In this document: piece by piece, positions 1 through 13,953 of the stretch
Numbering within the stretch: the first letter of the stretch is position 1
How the letters are laid out: every line of letters starts with the position of its first letter
DNA from: Fonticula-like sp. SCN 57-25
Taxonomy: Eukaryota
Direction of reading: 5' to 3'
NCBI GenBank assembly: GCA_001724245.1
Contig: MEDX01000014.1
Coordinates: 1-49,728, forward strand
Length of the DNA stretch: 49,728 bases
The notes under the pieces: generated by a model
What the model was told of the DNA's origin: nothing
Databases searched by the model: none
Seen by the model: only the letters and a program-made list of their open reading frames with translations
Program-made: the position numbers and the translations under genes

Positions 1-90
1 GCCTCGCTCTCCACCTTCCAGCAGATGTGGATCTCGAAGCAGGAGTACGACGAGTCTGGCCCGTCCATCGTCCACCGCAAGTGCTTCTAA
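1..90 (+). CDS. ACT: Actin, C-terminal end (gene begins before window)
   Basis: Frame 1 reads ASLSTFQQMWISKQEYDESGPSIVHRKCF-stop, the canonical actin C-terminus. Confidence 0.98.
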   Translation, partial: ASLSTFQQMWISKQEYDESGPSIVHRKCF

Positions 91-605
91 GCGCACGGCC
101 TGTGGCCCCTCACTTCATTTTTGTACTACGCTCCGCGTACAATAACAGTGATGTTGACGATAATTTTCCCCGACCAAAAAGTACACACAAAGTATGGAAT
201 GTCTTTCAAAGTTGATACTCCTGTCACCACCGTTTATTTCATTGCGATGCTGGTCCATAGAACATGTTTTTTTATTGTTGCATGCTTGTGGTGCTTGGTT
301 GTTTGCTGCATAAAGTATCGTACAGAATTATCGTGCAGAAACCATAAGCGGCTATTCTTGACCAAACTCGTTGGATAATAATGTAATGAACCCGATGATC
401 TACATCGCAATTTCGCACTGGATTTAGCCATATGGACATAGCCAAAAAATACAATACTAGAGAACTACTGTCGACGCTGGTGGTTATTTTCGTCGTCTCT
501 TCTTTTTGTATGAACCAAGTCCCGTGTACTAATTAGAATAATAAACTACGACTATATTGATCAATTTGGAAAGAAACGTCACACTGAAAACAGATGTCCC
601 TGCGC

Positions 606-3600
606 CTAATCACGACGCCACGAGTTGCCCGACGACGTGGAGCGAGACGAGCCGTATGAGCCGCCATCCCTGGGGGCAGGGCGAGAATCGCGCTGCTCGT
701 CACGGTTGTCGCGCCAGCTGCGAGTGTCGCGAGGAGCGTCGCGGGAATCGCGGGGAGCATCGCGGGGAGCATCGCGGGGGTCACGAGGGGCATCGCGGCT
801 ACCGGCGGAGCGCCAGCCAGAAGAGCCGCTAGTGTTGGCGTTCTCTTGACGGAAGTCGCGGTAACGAGGCTCGGCAGACCGCCTGTCATCGCGAGGCTGG
901 TCGTCGCGAGGCTGGTCGTTGTAGCGACGCGGGCCTTCGGAACGCCAGGTATCAGCGGAGCGCTCAGCCTGCGACCTCCAGCCACCGGACGACTCGGGGC
1001 GCTCGCCCTGAGACCTCCAGCCACCGGACGACTCGGAGCGTTCCTCGCGCGGCGGCAGAGACGCCTGGCGGCGGGGCGGCTCAGAGGAACCAGCGAGACG
1101 ACGTTCAATCTCAGCCTCCTTCTGGCGCTGCATAGCGGCACGCTCGTCGAGGCGGCGGTTGTACTCGGCAGCTTCAGCAGCCTCGGCCTCCAGCTTGGCG
1201 CGCGCCTCCTCCTCCTCCTCACGAAGGCGCTCCTCCTCCTCGGCACGAAGCGCCTCCTCCTCCGCACGCCGCTCCTCCTCCTCGCGGCGGCGAATCTCCT
1301 CCTCCTCACGCTGGCGGCGGCGAGCCTCTTCCTCGGCCTTCTTGCGCTCCTCCTCCTCGCGCTGCTTGCGAGCACGGGCCTCCTTGCGACGCTGAAGCTC
1401 CTCCTCGACTTCCTTGAGAGTGACATCGTACTTCTGCTGCACGGCAGCTTGGCGCGCAGCCATGACACGAGCACGGAACGCCTGTGCCTCGGCGAGCAGG
1501 TGACCCATGCGCTCCTTCATCTCGGTGTCGCGAGCAAACTGCTCCTGCGCGGCCTTGAGAGTGGCAGCCTTGTTCTGGGCATACTGATCAGCGTCCTCCT
1601 TCTTGAGGCGCTCAAAGTCCTGCTCGAGAAGGGGAATCTCCTCCTTGCGGTAAGCACGCTCGAGGTGATCCATCCGCTTGCCAATAGAGCTAAGACGAGC
1701 CTTCATCTCCTTCTTCTCCGTCTCAAAGATCTGGAACTGCTTCTTAACAAGCTCCTCGGGGGAGAGATCCTTGAGATCGTCCATCGACAACTTGATGCCA
1801 ATGACCTCGCTCTTGCGCTTCATGTCCTCAGCCATGCGCATGCGCTGAGAGAGTTCGATTTCCTCGCGCTCGCGCTGAATACGCTCTTGCTCACGACGCT
1901 GCGACTCCTCCGCCAGACGAACACGCTCGGCCTCCGCCTCAAGCGCCATCTGACGCTGCTTCTCGCGGTTCTCGGCGGCCTCCTTCTGCTGCAAGGCGCG
2001 CTCGACTGCCTCCTTCTTCTTTTCGATGAGGTTCTTGCGCTGGAGCGCGCTGGTGTGCGCCTCCTTGACCTGCTTGGCAATGTTGTTAAAGAAGCTGGCG
2101 CGCTGCTCAGCGACGGCCGCCTCCTGAAGCGGGCTGATGAGACGGGACGCCTCCTCAAGACGGCGAGACACGGCAAGCAACTGCGAGCGAATCTCGGTTT
2201 TCTGATCAAGACAATAAGAGTAAGCATAAAAGAACGCTCTTGATTCAAAACGTACGTCGCGAACGCCGGACGAGCCATCACGGTCAGTAGCTGCGGTGGC
2301 AGGAAGGAGACCAAAGACGACGGACTGCGTAAGATGGTTGACGCGGACACTAATATCGCCCCGCTTGCTCATATCAACAACGTGCTTCTCGATCGCCAGC
2401 GGAGTGGCAAACGGCGCAAGCTCGGCGAGGGTGGTGAGCTTAAGAGAACTGTACACCTGCGACACTTGAAGAAGGACGCGTGCGAGCGCCACCTGCTTAA
2501 GGGCGGGCGCGTAGCGCGCGAGCGACGGGTTGGCCTCGATGACGGCAAGAATAGGCGTAAGCTTCTTGTGAAGAACAAGAGGCTGGAAGTCAACTTCGAG
2601 AAGCTTGTACAGCTCAACGAGCTCGGGCGACACCATCTGGAGAATGTCCTTGGCCAAAAGCTCCTGGATGAGAGAATCGCGGGAAGGGGTCTTCTGGAGG
2701 AACAGAAGGCTCGCGAGGCGGTTGGCGCGCGCATCTTGCTCCTCCTGCTCGATGTAGCTGTTGTTGGAGCCGAGGCTAAGGCGGACAGGCGTCAAGATGG
2801 GGGAGGCCAGGGCACAGAGGAAAACGGCAGACGCAATCTCGGTGCGCTCTTCAGGCGAAAACGTCTTGACCTGCTTCTGCTGGAAGAAGAAGAGCTTGTA
2901 CGCATAGGCATGGTACAGGCCGTTATCAGACATGAGGAAGACCTGCATGAGCTTCTCGTAGTACACAGCGAGGGAAGCAGCCTTGGGGAACTTCTTGGCA
3001 TGGTACACCAACCCATGAAGATCCTCGACCGTACGGAACGCCTCCTGCCAGAGCTCCAGCTCAACCGTAACGTTCAGCTGCACAAAGCGCGTATCGAGGT
3101 GCAGCTGGAAAGAGTCGCTGTTGCTCAGGTTGATGTTGTTGGGCTGATGAGACTTGGAATACCACTGCACATGGGAGCGGAGAAGCTCGCAGAGGCGGCG
3201 CAGCTCAAGCTTGCGGTTGTACTTTTGGCAAAAGTAAAAGGCCTGCTGGGCTGTTTCCTGGTAGACAGTCTCGAGCTTGCTGTTGTTGCGCAACACTTCG
3301 ATGACGGTGCGGTACGCCTCCCACAGGAATCGCAGGGCAGGCGAAGCGCGGACGCGATCACGGGACTCATCGCCAGTCACGCTGCTCAGCAAAAGGCTCT
3401 CGGGGGTCTCCGACTCCTCCAGATCCTCCACGTCCACCGAGTCCTTGTCGCCCTTCTCGGGAACAACGGCGCGGGCTTGGGCGAGGGTAAGGAAGCGCTT
3501 AATCACGAGCTCAAGAGAAGCAGGGTTCGTGTGCTGGCTCACGTTCTTAAACTGGTAAAGACCTTCCTTTGCCGGACGCGACAGCTGAAGATCCACGCAA

Positions 3601-3826
3601 AGCTCAACGTACTTCAGCATGATCTGCTCGAGAGTGGCAGACCACGAGCGAAGGCGCTTGCTGGTGATCACATCCTGCAGATGAGTGGCGGCAGCCATCT
3701 TTTGGCCGACCACAAGAAGCTCTACGCATTAAAAAAGTTAGACAATGCTCTCTGCGTATTCAGAACAAGGAGAGGCGTACCATCAGCGCGCTTGAGCGCG
3801 TTATCCGGCCGAGGAAACCGCGACAT
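606..3826 (-). CDS. EIF3A: Translation initiation factor 3 subunit A
   Basis: MSRFPRPDNALKRADELL start; motifs LRFLWEAYRTVIEVLRNNSKLE, LELWQEAFRTVEDLH, MDHLERAYRKEEIPLL; PCI domain, charged helix, R/D/P-rich tail. Introns 3780-3722 and in-frame 2255-2202. Confidence 0.96.
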
Positions 3827-4047
3827 CGTCGTTCGGTCCCGCTCAGGCAAGAAGAGGGAAAAGGGCAAAGAACCACGCGTCCTCGATCACGATTCTTTCT
3901 GAATCGCGATCTGTAAGGATGTGTCACTGTTTCGCAGTTTCGTTTTGGCTGGTTTTGGCGGCAGCTTGGCACCATGTCGGCTTGGTCCATAATTTTAATG
4001 TCACCATACTTTTGAACGGACGTTCCCTGTAAAAATTTAGTGGCGAC

Positions 4048-5364
4048 ATGACCGAGCGCGCGGTCGGCGCGACGGTAAATGTCATCAGCCGGTCCGAAGT
4101 CTGTCAAAGTGTTTCCCGTGCAGTGGAAGCGACGACGTCGAGGGTGGACGTGGTTGTGTATGTCGGCGAACTTCACATGGTGTTGGATAGCATACCCGTA
4201 GAAACAGGTTTTACCTACCATAACCTTCTTTCAGCAGTCCAACGCGAGTTCAATATGTTGAATCCCGACTACGGCCAGTACCTGAGCTGCTTCCGACAGG
4301 TGCGCGTTTTTCTTCTTTTCTTTTTGAGTATCTGCTGACATGAGCCGGAATCCCGACCAGCTTCGTACTTCAGAAAACGGCGAGCCGTTTACCCAAGAAC
4401 AGCTGAGTGGCCTTATCGGTGATGAGGACGTGTACTATGTCGATTGCGTTTCATGTACGTTTGAACCCGGCTCACTTTTTTCGCGCGTTGACCACTCTGC
4501 AATAGTTGACTTTGTCGCATCATCTCTGGATATGCTTCGAGCTTGGTTCTCTGGCAGCAGCAGCGAAGGAAATGGACATTCGGATCAACTTCCACCTGCA
4601 CCTGTGGACAACTTGATCCCGGACTGTCATAATCCCTCGAGCAATATCTATCAGGAATCTAATCCGCTCAAGGAGCAAGGGTTGTCGATGTTGTCTTCTC
4701 CGAATTCGCACAGCACGATGAGTAGGCGGATGTCGAGGGTGGACGTGGTCGTGTTTGTCGGCGAACTTTTCTGTGTGGTGGATCGCATACCTGTAGAAAC
4801 AGGTTATACCTATCATAACCTACTTTCAGCAGTCCAACGCGAGTTCAATAAGATGAATCCAAATTACCGCCAGTACCTGAGCAGCTTCCGACAGGTTCGT
4901 TTTCTTCTTTTCTGTTTGACTTTCCGCTGACATGCGCCGGAATCCCGACCAGCTTCGTACTTCAAAAAACGGCAAGCCCCTCACCGAAGAACAGCTGGGT
5001 GGTCTTATCGGTGATGAGGACGTGTACTATGTCGATGTTGTTGAATGTACGTTTGAACCCAGAACGCGGCCCACTTTTTTCGCGCGCTGACCACTCTGCA
5101 ATAGTTGACTTTGTCGCATCATCTCTGGATATGCTTCGAGCTTGGTTCTCTGGCAGCAGCAGCGAAGGAAGTGGACATTCGGATGATCCTCCAGCTGCAC
5201 CTGTGGACAACTCGATCCCGGGCTTGAATAATCCCACGAGCATCGTCTATCAAGAACATAACCCGCTTAAGGGGCAAAGGTTGTATAGATTTCCTTCTCC
5301 GAATTTGCACAGCACGTTGAGTAGGCGGAGAGTATCACCTTACAACGGAGTAGAATCTGCTTAA
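4048..5364 (+). CDS. Uncharacterised protein with two tandem copies of a ~160-aa module
   Basis: Splicing GT-AG introns 4300-4360, 4455-4505, 4895-4952 and 5047-5104 gives one continuous frame ending at TAA 5364; start codon uncertain. Confidence 0.65.
4137..5329 (+). repeat. Direct tandem duplication, ~595 bp unit x2
   Basis: GTCGAGGGTGGACGTGG at 4137 and 4732; the units align along their length, including both introns. Confidence 0.93.
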
Positions 5365-5880
5365 AAATTTCGTCAAGGCGATTTGAAAGGTGAGGGTTAT
5401 TTTAGTATCAAGAAGACAATCAACTGTGTATTATTTCGCGTATGGATTTTAGCATACTGTATTTTATCGATTTGAATAAACGCGGCGTGTCTCAAAAGAA
5501 AGAAAACCCACACGCTAGAAGCGGCGCAGATCCCTTTACGGTTATTGGTGTTATGATAGCAGTGCAAGCGCACACGCGCGTCACTGTGGAATGGGCAAAA
5601 ACGAATGGGCAAAAACGGTATAGTACGATACGGTACATCATGTCAGATTCTCCAAATATTACAGTTCGCACGCGCTGCCCCTCAAGTGCAATAGTCACTT
5701 CTGCTGTTGATACAGGTTCCCCGCAGGTTCGGTCGCGCAGTGCCGACACTCTACTCCTATAGGGCTCAGACGCGTAGTGTAGCTGTTTCTAACGTGGAGA
5801 GCGTTTGAGGTTGTGTGTGTGTGCACGTTGTTTGCCACATTCGCGTTTCCACGTATTGTCTATACCTTCGCCGTTTAGCC

Positions 5881-7224
5881 ATGTTTGCTGTAATCACCTC
5901 GTGCATCTTACTTGCAGTGGTCACGTCGGGGCACCAGACTCCTCGTCCCCCAGGTCATGCTCAGTACTACGACCCGGCTGCAATGGCCGAGCTTGAGAAC
6001 AAGATGCAGGCTCTTCAGCTGTCATTGTGGAATACTCGCGACCAGTTGAAGGAGACAAGGCGAGCATTCGAAAGACTAGTTGCAAACGATGCAAAGCGTC
6101 CTCTCGAGCCGATTTCAGTTGAGCGGCGAAGTCGGCTAACGTATGACGAGTTTCTTCGTGAATACGCCAGCCGCGGTCGACCCGTTATTATTACCGACAT
6201 GCTTCCTGTTATGTTCCCCGACGGCGCGTGGGACCTCGACTACCTTGTTTCGATGTGCGGCGACTCTACTGTCGATCCATTCGAGTTCCAGGCGGACGCC
6301 AACGTATGGGGACGGTGCGACACTCGGCTGACTTGTGCTCGTTGTGATTAACAGCTGTTGCTTGGTAGTCTTGTGCACGCCGGCGTGGAGATTCCGTTGG
6401 AAGAGTTTGTGGAACGTCATCGTGATGCAGACGACGAAGACGTGCAGCGGCTATACGTTCATGACTGGTCGCTCCTTTTAAAGTGTCCTGCGGCATTCCT
6501 TCCGTCAAGCTCTCGCAGATTTGTTGTTCCAAAGTATTTTTCAGATGATCTTCTGCAGCGACTGCCTGCGGGACGCGGCTTGCTTTGCCGCGACGAGTGG
6601 CCGTCGCTCTTTATCGGCGCCAAGGGATCTCTCAGTGGGGTACGCTCTCTGTCGTCCCCGTGGTCCGTGTCTCATAATTTTCTTTTTGTAGCTTCATGTC
6701 GACTCATTTGGATCCAATTTTTGGATGATGCTTTTGAGTGGGCGAAAGCACTGGCGGTTCTTCCTCGAAGGTGACAGACCGTTTTTATACGAGGACCGTG
6801 CTCAAAGTGTGTTTAATGTGGACGCTTTTCGGATTGCGGAGACTGAGGACAAGCCGCTTGCAAAGCTTGCCCAGCCGTACGACTGCGTGCTAGAGCCAGG
6901 CGAGCTTCTCTTTGTCCCGGCCGGCGCCCCGCATCAAGTTTTAAACTTGGAGGATTCCGTTGCAATCTCGGGTAATTATATTGACAGTACAAATTTTCAA
7001 CGGTCGCTCGTCGAAATCGGACGAGAGGCACATGCAGGGGTGCAGGAAAGTGTTGAGCTATATGGGGAATTATCGTGCGTGCTATTCACTTGAATCAATG
7101 CGGCTTTTAATCATGATGAATTGGTAGGAAACTGGATGGCACGTACAAGGCAAATGCCAACCACGTCGACCGCTCGTGGAGTGGATTCAAGAACCCTCAG
7201 TGGAGGAAGACGGTCAATGTATAG
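5881..7224 (+). CDS. JmjC (cupin-like) 2OG/Fe(II) dioxygenase with signal peptide, JMJD4/6/8-like
   Basis: Hydrophobic N-terminus MFAVITSCILLAVVTSG; LTYDEFLREYASRGRPVIITD; WPSLFIGAKGSLSG|LHVDSFGSNFW; LEPGELLFVPAGAPHQVLNLEDSVAISGNY; introns 6315-6368, 6640-6691, ~7075-7127. Confidence 0.88.
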
Positions 7225-8139
7225 TGGCCTGTTATGCGCCGTGCGGTAGAATACCTGAAGTAGTATCGTGTTTTTTGCCGACTCTCTCTGCTTCTCGTGC
7301 TACACTGTGCATTCTTGTTGGGATGTTTATCTTGTTTAGTGGTGACTTTGTGAGCTAGTTTTCCGTGTGTTGTTTTGGCCAGGTGGCTATTACTTGTTGC
7401 GTTGCTCCTTACAAGTAGCGGGGTTGCGGACAGGCCACATTCTCGTGTACTGTTCGTGTGATTCTGCGCGTGTTAGCACGTCTTGCAATGATGATGACTA
7501 TCCTTGTGAATAATGCTATTTGCATAAATCCTGCAATCTTGCTGCGGATCCGTGTATTGTGCAGTTTGTAGAAATGCAAGATTGGAGTACTGTTGTATCG
7601 CTATAGCGTTTTTAATGTTTTCATTGTTTGAATGATTCTCGTACATACAATAAATAATACAACGAATTATAGGATATCCATCAGTCTCACATCAGATAAT
7701 GGAGTACAACAGTCGTTGAGACAAAAATACGAGATGCGCAGCCGTGCTGTGCCTGGCTGTACACTGTGCAATATCCGTACATAGTATGCTGCGAAGCGCG
7801 TTGTGACAATCCTGGCTTGCGGCTGTTTGAACTGTGCAACTAACCGCAGCATCGATTTGGCTCGTTGTTCAAACGTTGATCGTCCGGGAGAATCATAAAC
7901 TGGCGCCCACTGTTTGAACGGTAAGACTGATTGCAGGATTGATGTAGCTCCTTGTTAACGCTGCTTCCTTTTGCGTGGACAACAATCTGTCAACATAAGT
8001 CGCAGCGTCTACTGTTTGAACAGTGCGTAAATACAGGATCAATACGGCTCGTTGCTCAGACGTCGTTTGTGTGTGACCTATGGAATTAATGCCCCACTGC
8101 AAATAGTGCAATTGAATCAGAGTTTATGCGTTTCGTCGT

Positions 8140-8900
8140 TTAATAAGTGAGGCATCGCAAAGCCCGCTGTTCACAGCAGCGTCGTTCGTGTATGGAGACC
8201 AATACTGCACTGTTTAAACAATGAAACCGGCACTAGATTGATATGATTCATCCTTCAAACAGTGAGGCATGCAGACCCCTCTGTTCACAGCAGCGTCGTT
8301 GGTGTATGAAGACCAATATCGCACTGTTTAAACAATGAAACTAATACATGGTTGATCTGATTCATTGTTTGAACTAAGTGCAAACTGTTCCTGACCGCAT
8401 TGTTGGCGTATGTAGATCAATGTTGCACTGTTTTAACAATAAAACGGATCAGGTTTAATATGATTCATCGTTCCAACAGTGAGGCATCGCAGCCCTGCTG
8501 TTCACAGCAGCATTGTCGCTGTATGGACATCGATATCGCACTGTTAAAAATTGAAACTGACAGAGGGTTGATATCATTCATCGTTCAAACAGTGGGACAT
8601 TGCAGCACCGCTGTTCACCGCAGCATTGTCGGTGCATGGGAGACCAATATCGCACTGTTTAAACAATGAACCAGGCATGCTTCAACCTTCAAACAGTGAA
8701 GCACTGGAGTCCCACTGTTCACAGGAGCATTGTTGATGTATGGAGCTTAATATTTCACTGTTTAATGAAACGGACACAGGGTTGATATGATTCATCGTTC
8801 AAAATATGAAGCGTCGTAGCGCGCGCACTGTTCGCAACAGGGTCGGTAGTGATCGCACTGTTTAAGCAATGAAATGATTCGTCGTTCGAACAGTGAGGTG
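8140..8900. repeat. Degenerate tandem array, ~100-115 bp unit, about 7 copies, with internal inverted repeats
   Basis: Recurrent blocks AGTGAGGCAT, CTGTTCACAGCAGC, GCACTGTTTAAACAATGAAAC, GATATGATTCATCGTTCAAAC; unit starts near 8146, 8261, 8377, 8478, 8591, 8695, 8806. Confidence 0.88.
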
Positions 8901-11647
8901 CACTCTCGAAGTATAATACAGGACAAACACTCGCGGTCAACGATACACAGGTATGTCAAAGGAAACATGGTATGGGTAAAACTGAACTCCGCTCGTTATC
9001 AGCTGCGTTTTTGAACGTTGAAAGGTCTGTGCGTGAGAGTAAGGTTATAATGAGAATACAATTTCCTGGAAAGCACAGTATCGTGCACCTGACTGAGATT
9101 TGTGGACTGAGAGACATTGTTGTTGCGTTGCGGTACCAACTGAGCATAACCAAGGCACAGTCGTGTCGTCGCACAGTCGACAAAGATGTATATGAGAGAA
9201 TCCGTTGCATAGGTCGGACGGTCGCTTTGGTCTGAACCGAAGTCTGCCACCATTCGAGAGGTAAGTTCGTGCACAGATTCATTCATGTAGGCGGACGCAC
9301 GGGTCTCGTCACTCGGACTATCCAGCGGGCTTCCGCAAAGCATTCATTCAATTGATACCTATCCTTTCTAGACTCAGATACACTTTCCGAGCGGCCAGCG
9401 GAAATCCTGGAAGCAAGACGGCCGCCAGCTGGTCGACGGAAGGATAGATGCACCAAGTGTAAGAGAGGTGTGCCAAGGATCAGGGTAAGACAAAGTGTAT
9501 TGAAAGGTTACACAGGAATCCGAGGGAAAGGCACGAGATCCAACCACGTGGATCACTGTGCACAAGACTGCCACAGCAGATATCCTACACAAGCGCTGAA
9601 ACGATGGCTGAAGCAGCTATGGCCTGCCGAACTGAAGATGGGGATTTCAGGTCCGTGGCACCGGCTCAGGAGTGTGTCGTCTGCAGGGAAAGAGCCGTTG
9701 TGCGATAAAACGTTAAGGAGGCACTATAGAAATGGGGAATGAAAGGGCAATAGCTTGGAAGAACTGCATACTTGAGCAGAGTGACTCCTTCTCGAGGAAC
9801 AGGAAATAGAGAGGGACAGGGTACCTTACAATTACGGAGTCAAAGGAATACACTCAATCATCGACGTTTTTATTATTCGATCGTAGTTGATATTCTAACC
9901 AATGACAGATCTGGGTTTTAAAAAGTTCTGATGTGATTGGTAGAGTAAAAGAATAGGAATCTACACCTATACCTTTCTTTTGCGCAGAGTGAGAGCATCT
10001 TTATTGTGGTCCTTCTTTTCATGGTATGCGAAAAAGAGGGGACAGCTTCGCCCGGAGCGTCGAAAAGGCGCGTCGTGACTCTTGCTAGGCATTCCGGTAG
10101 GGAGAATGCCGCAAGACTGCTCTTACTGAACCCCACAAGCGCGAGTACTGCTAAAGTGTGGATTTCAGATACAGAGGGAACTCATGCCGAATGTGACGAT
10201 TGTGCTTTATGGTTTATGAGTTGTTACACAAGGTGCGTCACATTAGCTCTGGGAACTAACGCTGTGGTCGTCTCAGTGCTCTAGCAATCACAGGATTTAC
10301 GATCACGTCACTTACCATCCCACTGTCACCATTCCATGTCACCATTCCTCACACCTGTCACCATTGTCTCCGTATTACCTTTTGTAGCTCTTGTGTCCTT
10401 TGTCTTCGTCTTTGCCCTCGTGTCTCTCTCTGAGCTCTACTCTCTGCAAGTCAATAAACCTCTACAACCTCAGCAAGGTGTATTACCTTCTCCCTCATCA
10501 CACGAACGCGCCTACTCAAGGAACCAGTCGAAGCGCAAGACGACGACAAAAAGACCTTTCAAACATAGGTGTGAGAAGTTTTAGACGTTGGACGAATAGC
10601 GCGCAACTTTGCGCTGAGATTGTCTTCACTCCGTCATCTGTCAGGAACCACCCCTACCACATCTATACATTCCGCGTCGTCCTTTACCACGTTCATCGGT
10701 TCCGTCAGGAGCCACCTCCACCACCGCCGCCCGTGCCGCGCCCTCCTGCACCTCACGCATAGCGTTTTTAAACGGCTTCACTGAACTCGTCTTGTCGCGA
10801 GCTCTCGAACGACCCCTAAACCATCGCTCTACGACAAGTATTCGCGGAGATACGAGCTCCCGCCGCTACACACGATCAACGATTTGCCGATACCTTCACG
10901 GTCAACCATCGTCCCAGACGACGACCCCCGATCGAGCCAACACCATCGCTTACCCAGCACACGCGCACACACGTGCTAGGCAACTAGGACGTTCACACGC
11001 AGGAACAATAGCGCACACTAGAGCTGGTCGGCAGGACGCCCTCGCCAATAGGGCAACTTAACGTACTCGTTTCGCAGCTTATCTTCGACTAGTCGAGCCC
11101 TTTGATTGTATTTTACTCTGGAACTTGCCTCGTGGCACCGTATTCTGTATTCTTTTCTTTGTGGTACAATTTGTACCAGTTCAGAACCACTGTCACAACG
11201 CGGCCTGTAGCAGCATGCATCTTCTGCTTTACTTGTCTGTCACAAGGATTTGTACGGCATCAGAATATTCCCTTATATAATACTGGGAACCGAAAGAACC
11301 GGACCGGACATGGCAGTCTGCATGTTCCTGGATTGCTAGCAACCGTTCGCACCCTCACGCGTAGCTTTCGGTATGCTCTCTTCCTTTCTGACTGATTTTT
11401 TTTCTCTTTGTACAATAGTTTGCATCTATTCGGCAAGACAGATCTCCGCGGCAGTCCAGAAAGAGACCTTAATGAAGTCACTCACGATGTCTGAGCGATA
11501 GGTACATCAACAGCAAACGCTATACGATAGAGAACGCTTCGCAAGTATCGCGACTAACAATGCCAGTGTGTATCTGTATTCCACAATCATGATGATGTTT
11601 TGTCGATGATTAAAACCAAAAAATGAATCTAAAAGAACAAGAATTGC

Positions 11648-13312
<1,665 letters not shown>

Positions 13313-13953
13313 TCTCGAGACTTCTATGACATGCAGGAATGAGCAAATTATTGTCCGTCCTACACGCAGCAAAGGCATAGGTGACCCCAACGTACACGGC
13401 CGATCACTGCAACAGTACAAAAAAAGAGGGCACAAGGTGTCTCGGTCCAAGCGGTCGTGGTCTGCACTTAGTTTTGAACTGAGACAGAGCAAATCCAGCA
13501 ATCAACGAACAATCAGACAAATTGGTTGCTGACGCAATCACCGTGTGGTCGTAGCATATTACCAATATAATTTTATCATTCAGCACGGAAGGGCACAAAG
13601 GTTGTACTGGCAAGCCAGTTGTGCGGAATATCGAGGTACGTGGTAACTCTTTTTGAGTGCGAAGAATAGTTATTGGCTTAGTGGGTTGGCTCATATGCTT
13701 CTATCAAGCAAACGCGGCGACTCGCTGACTCGTGAGTCCGACGAAACATTTACAGTCATCAAATGAACACAGTGACAAGGGACGGCTGAGCTGGTGTGGC
13801 AATGGACTTTTCCCATTGAAGTCCTAAAGCGGGATGTGTCAACAGATGCGCAGCACCAGTGAGGATATATGGCAAAACTTTCAATCACTACGTTGACATT
13901 ATATATTCAATATTTCTCTGAGTTAGTTCTGGTCTTCTACAGTACGAGCGAGC

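Noticed and set aside
700-1045. 12-bp and 39-bp tandem repeats at the eIF3a 3' end
   Set aside because: They encode the RDAP/GGWRS low-complexity tail expected of eIF3a
846-3902. Long + strand ORFs (465 and 522 aa) opposite eIF3a
   Set aside because: Antisense shadows of a GC-rich, codon-biased gene; Leu-rich with no motifs
4930-5110. Apparent frameshift/pseudogenisation of the second repeat copy
   Set aside because: Resolved by GT-AG introns 4895-4952 and 5047-5104
8140-8900. Possible CRISPR array or coding repeat
   Set aside because: Inter-repeat segments are homologous rather than unique spacers, there are no cas genes, the context is eukaryotic, and no frame stays open across units
9000-11500. 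Possible retrotransposon or short ORFs
   Set aside because: No RT, integrase, gag or transposase motif, paired LTRs or TSDs could be identified by eye
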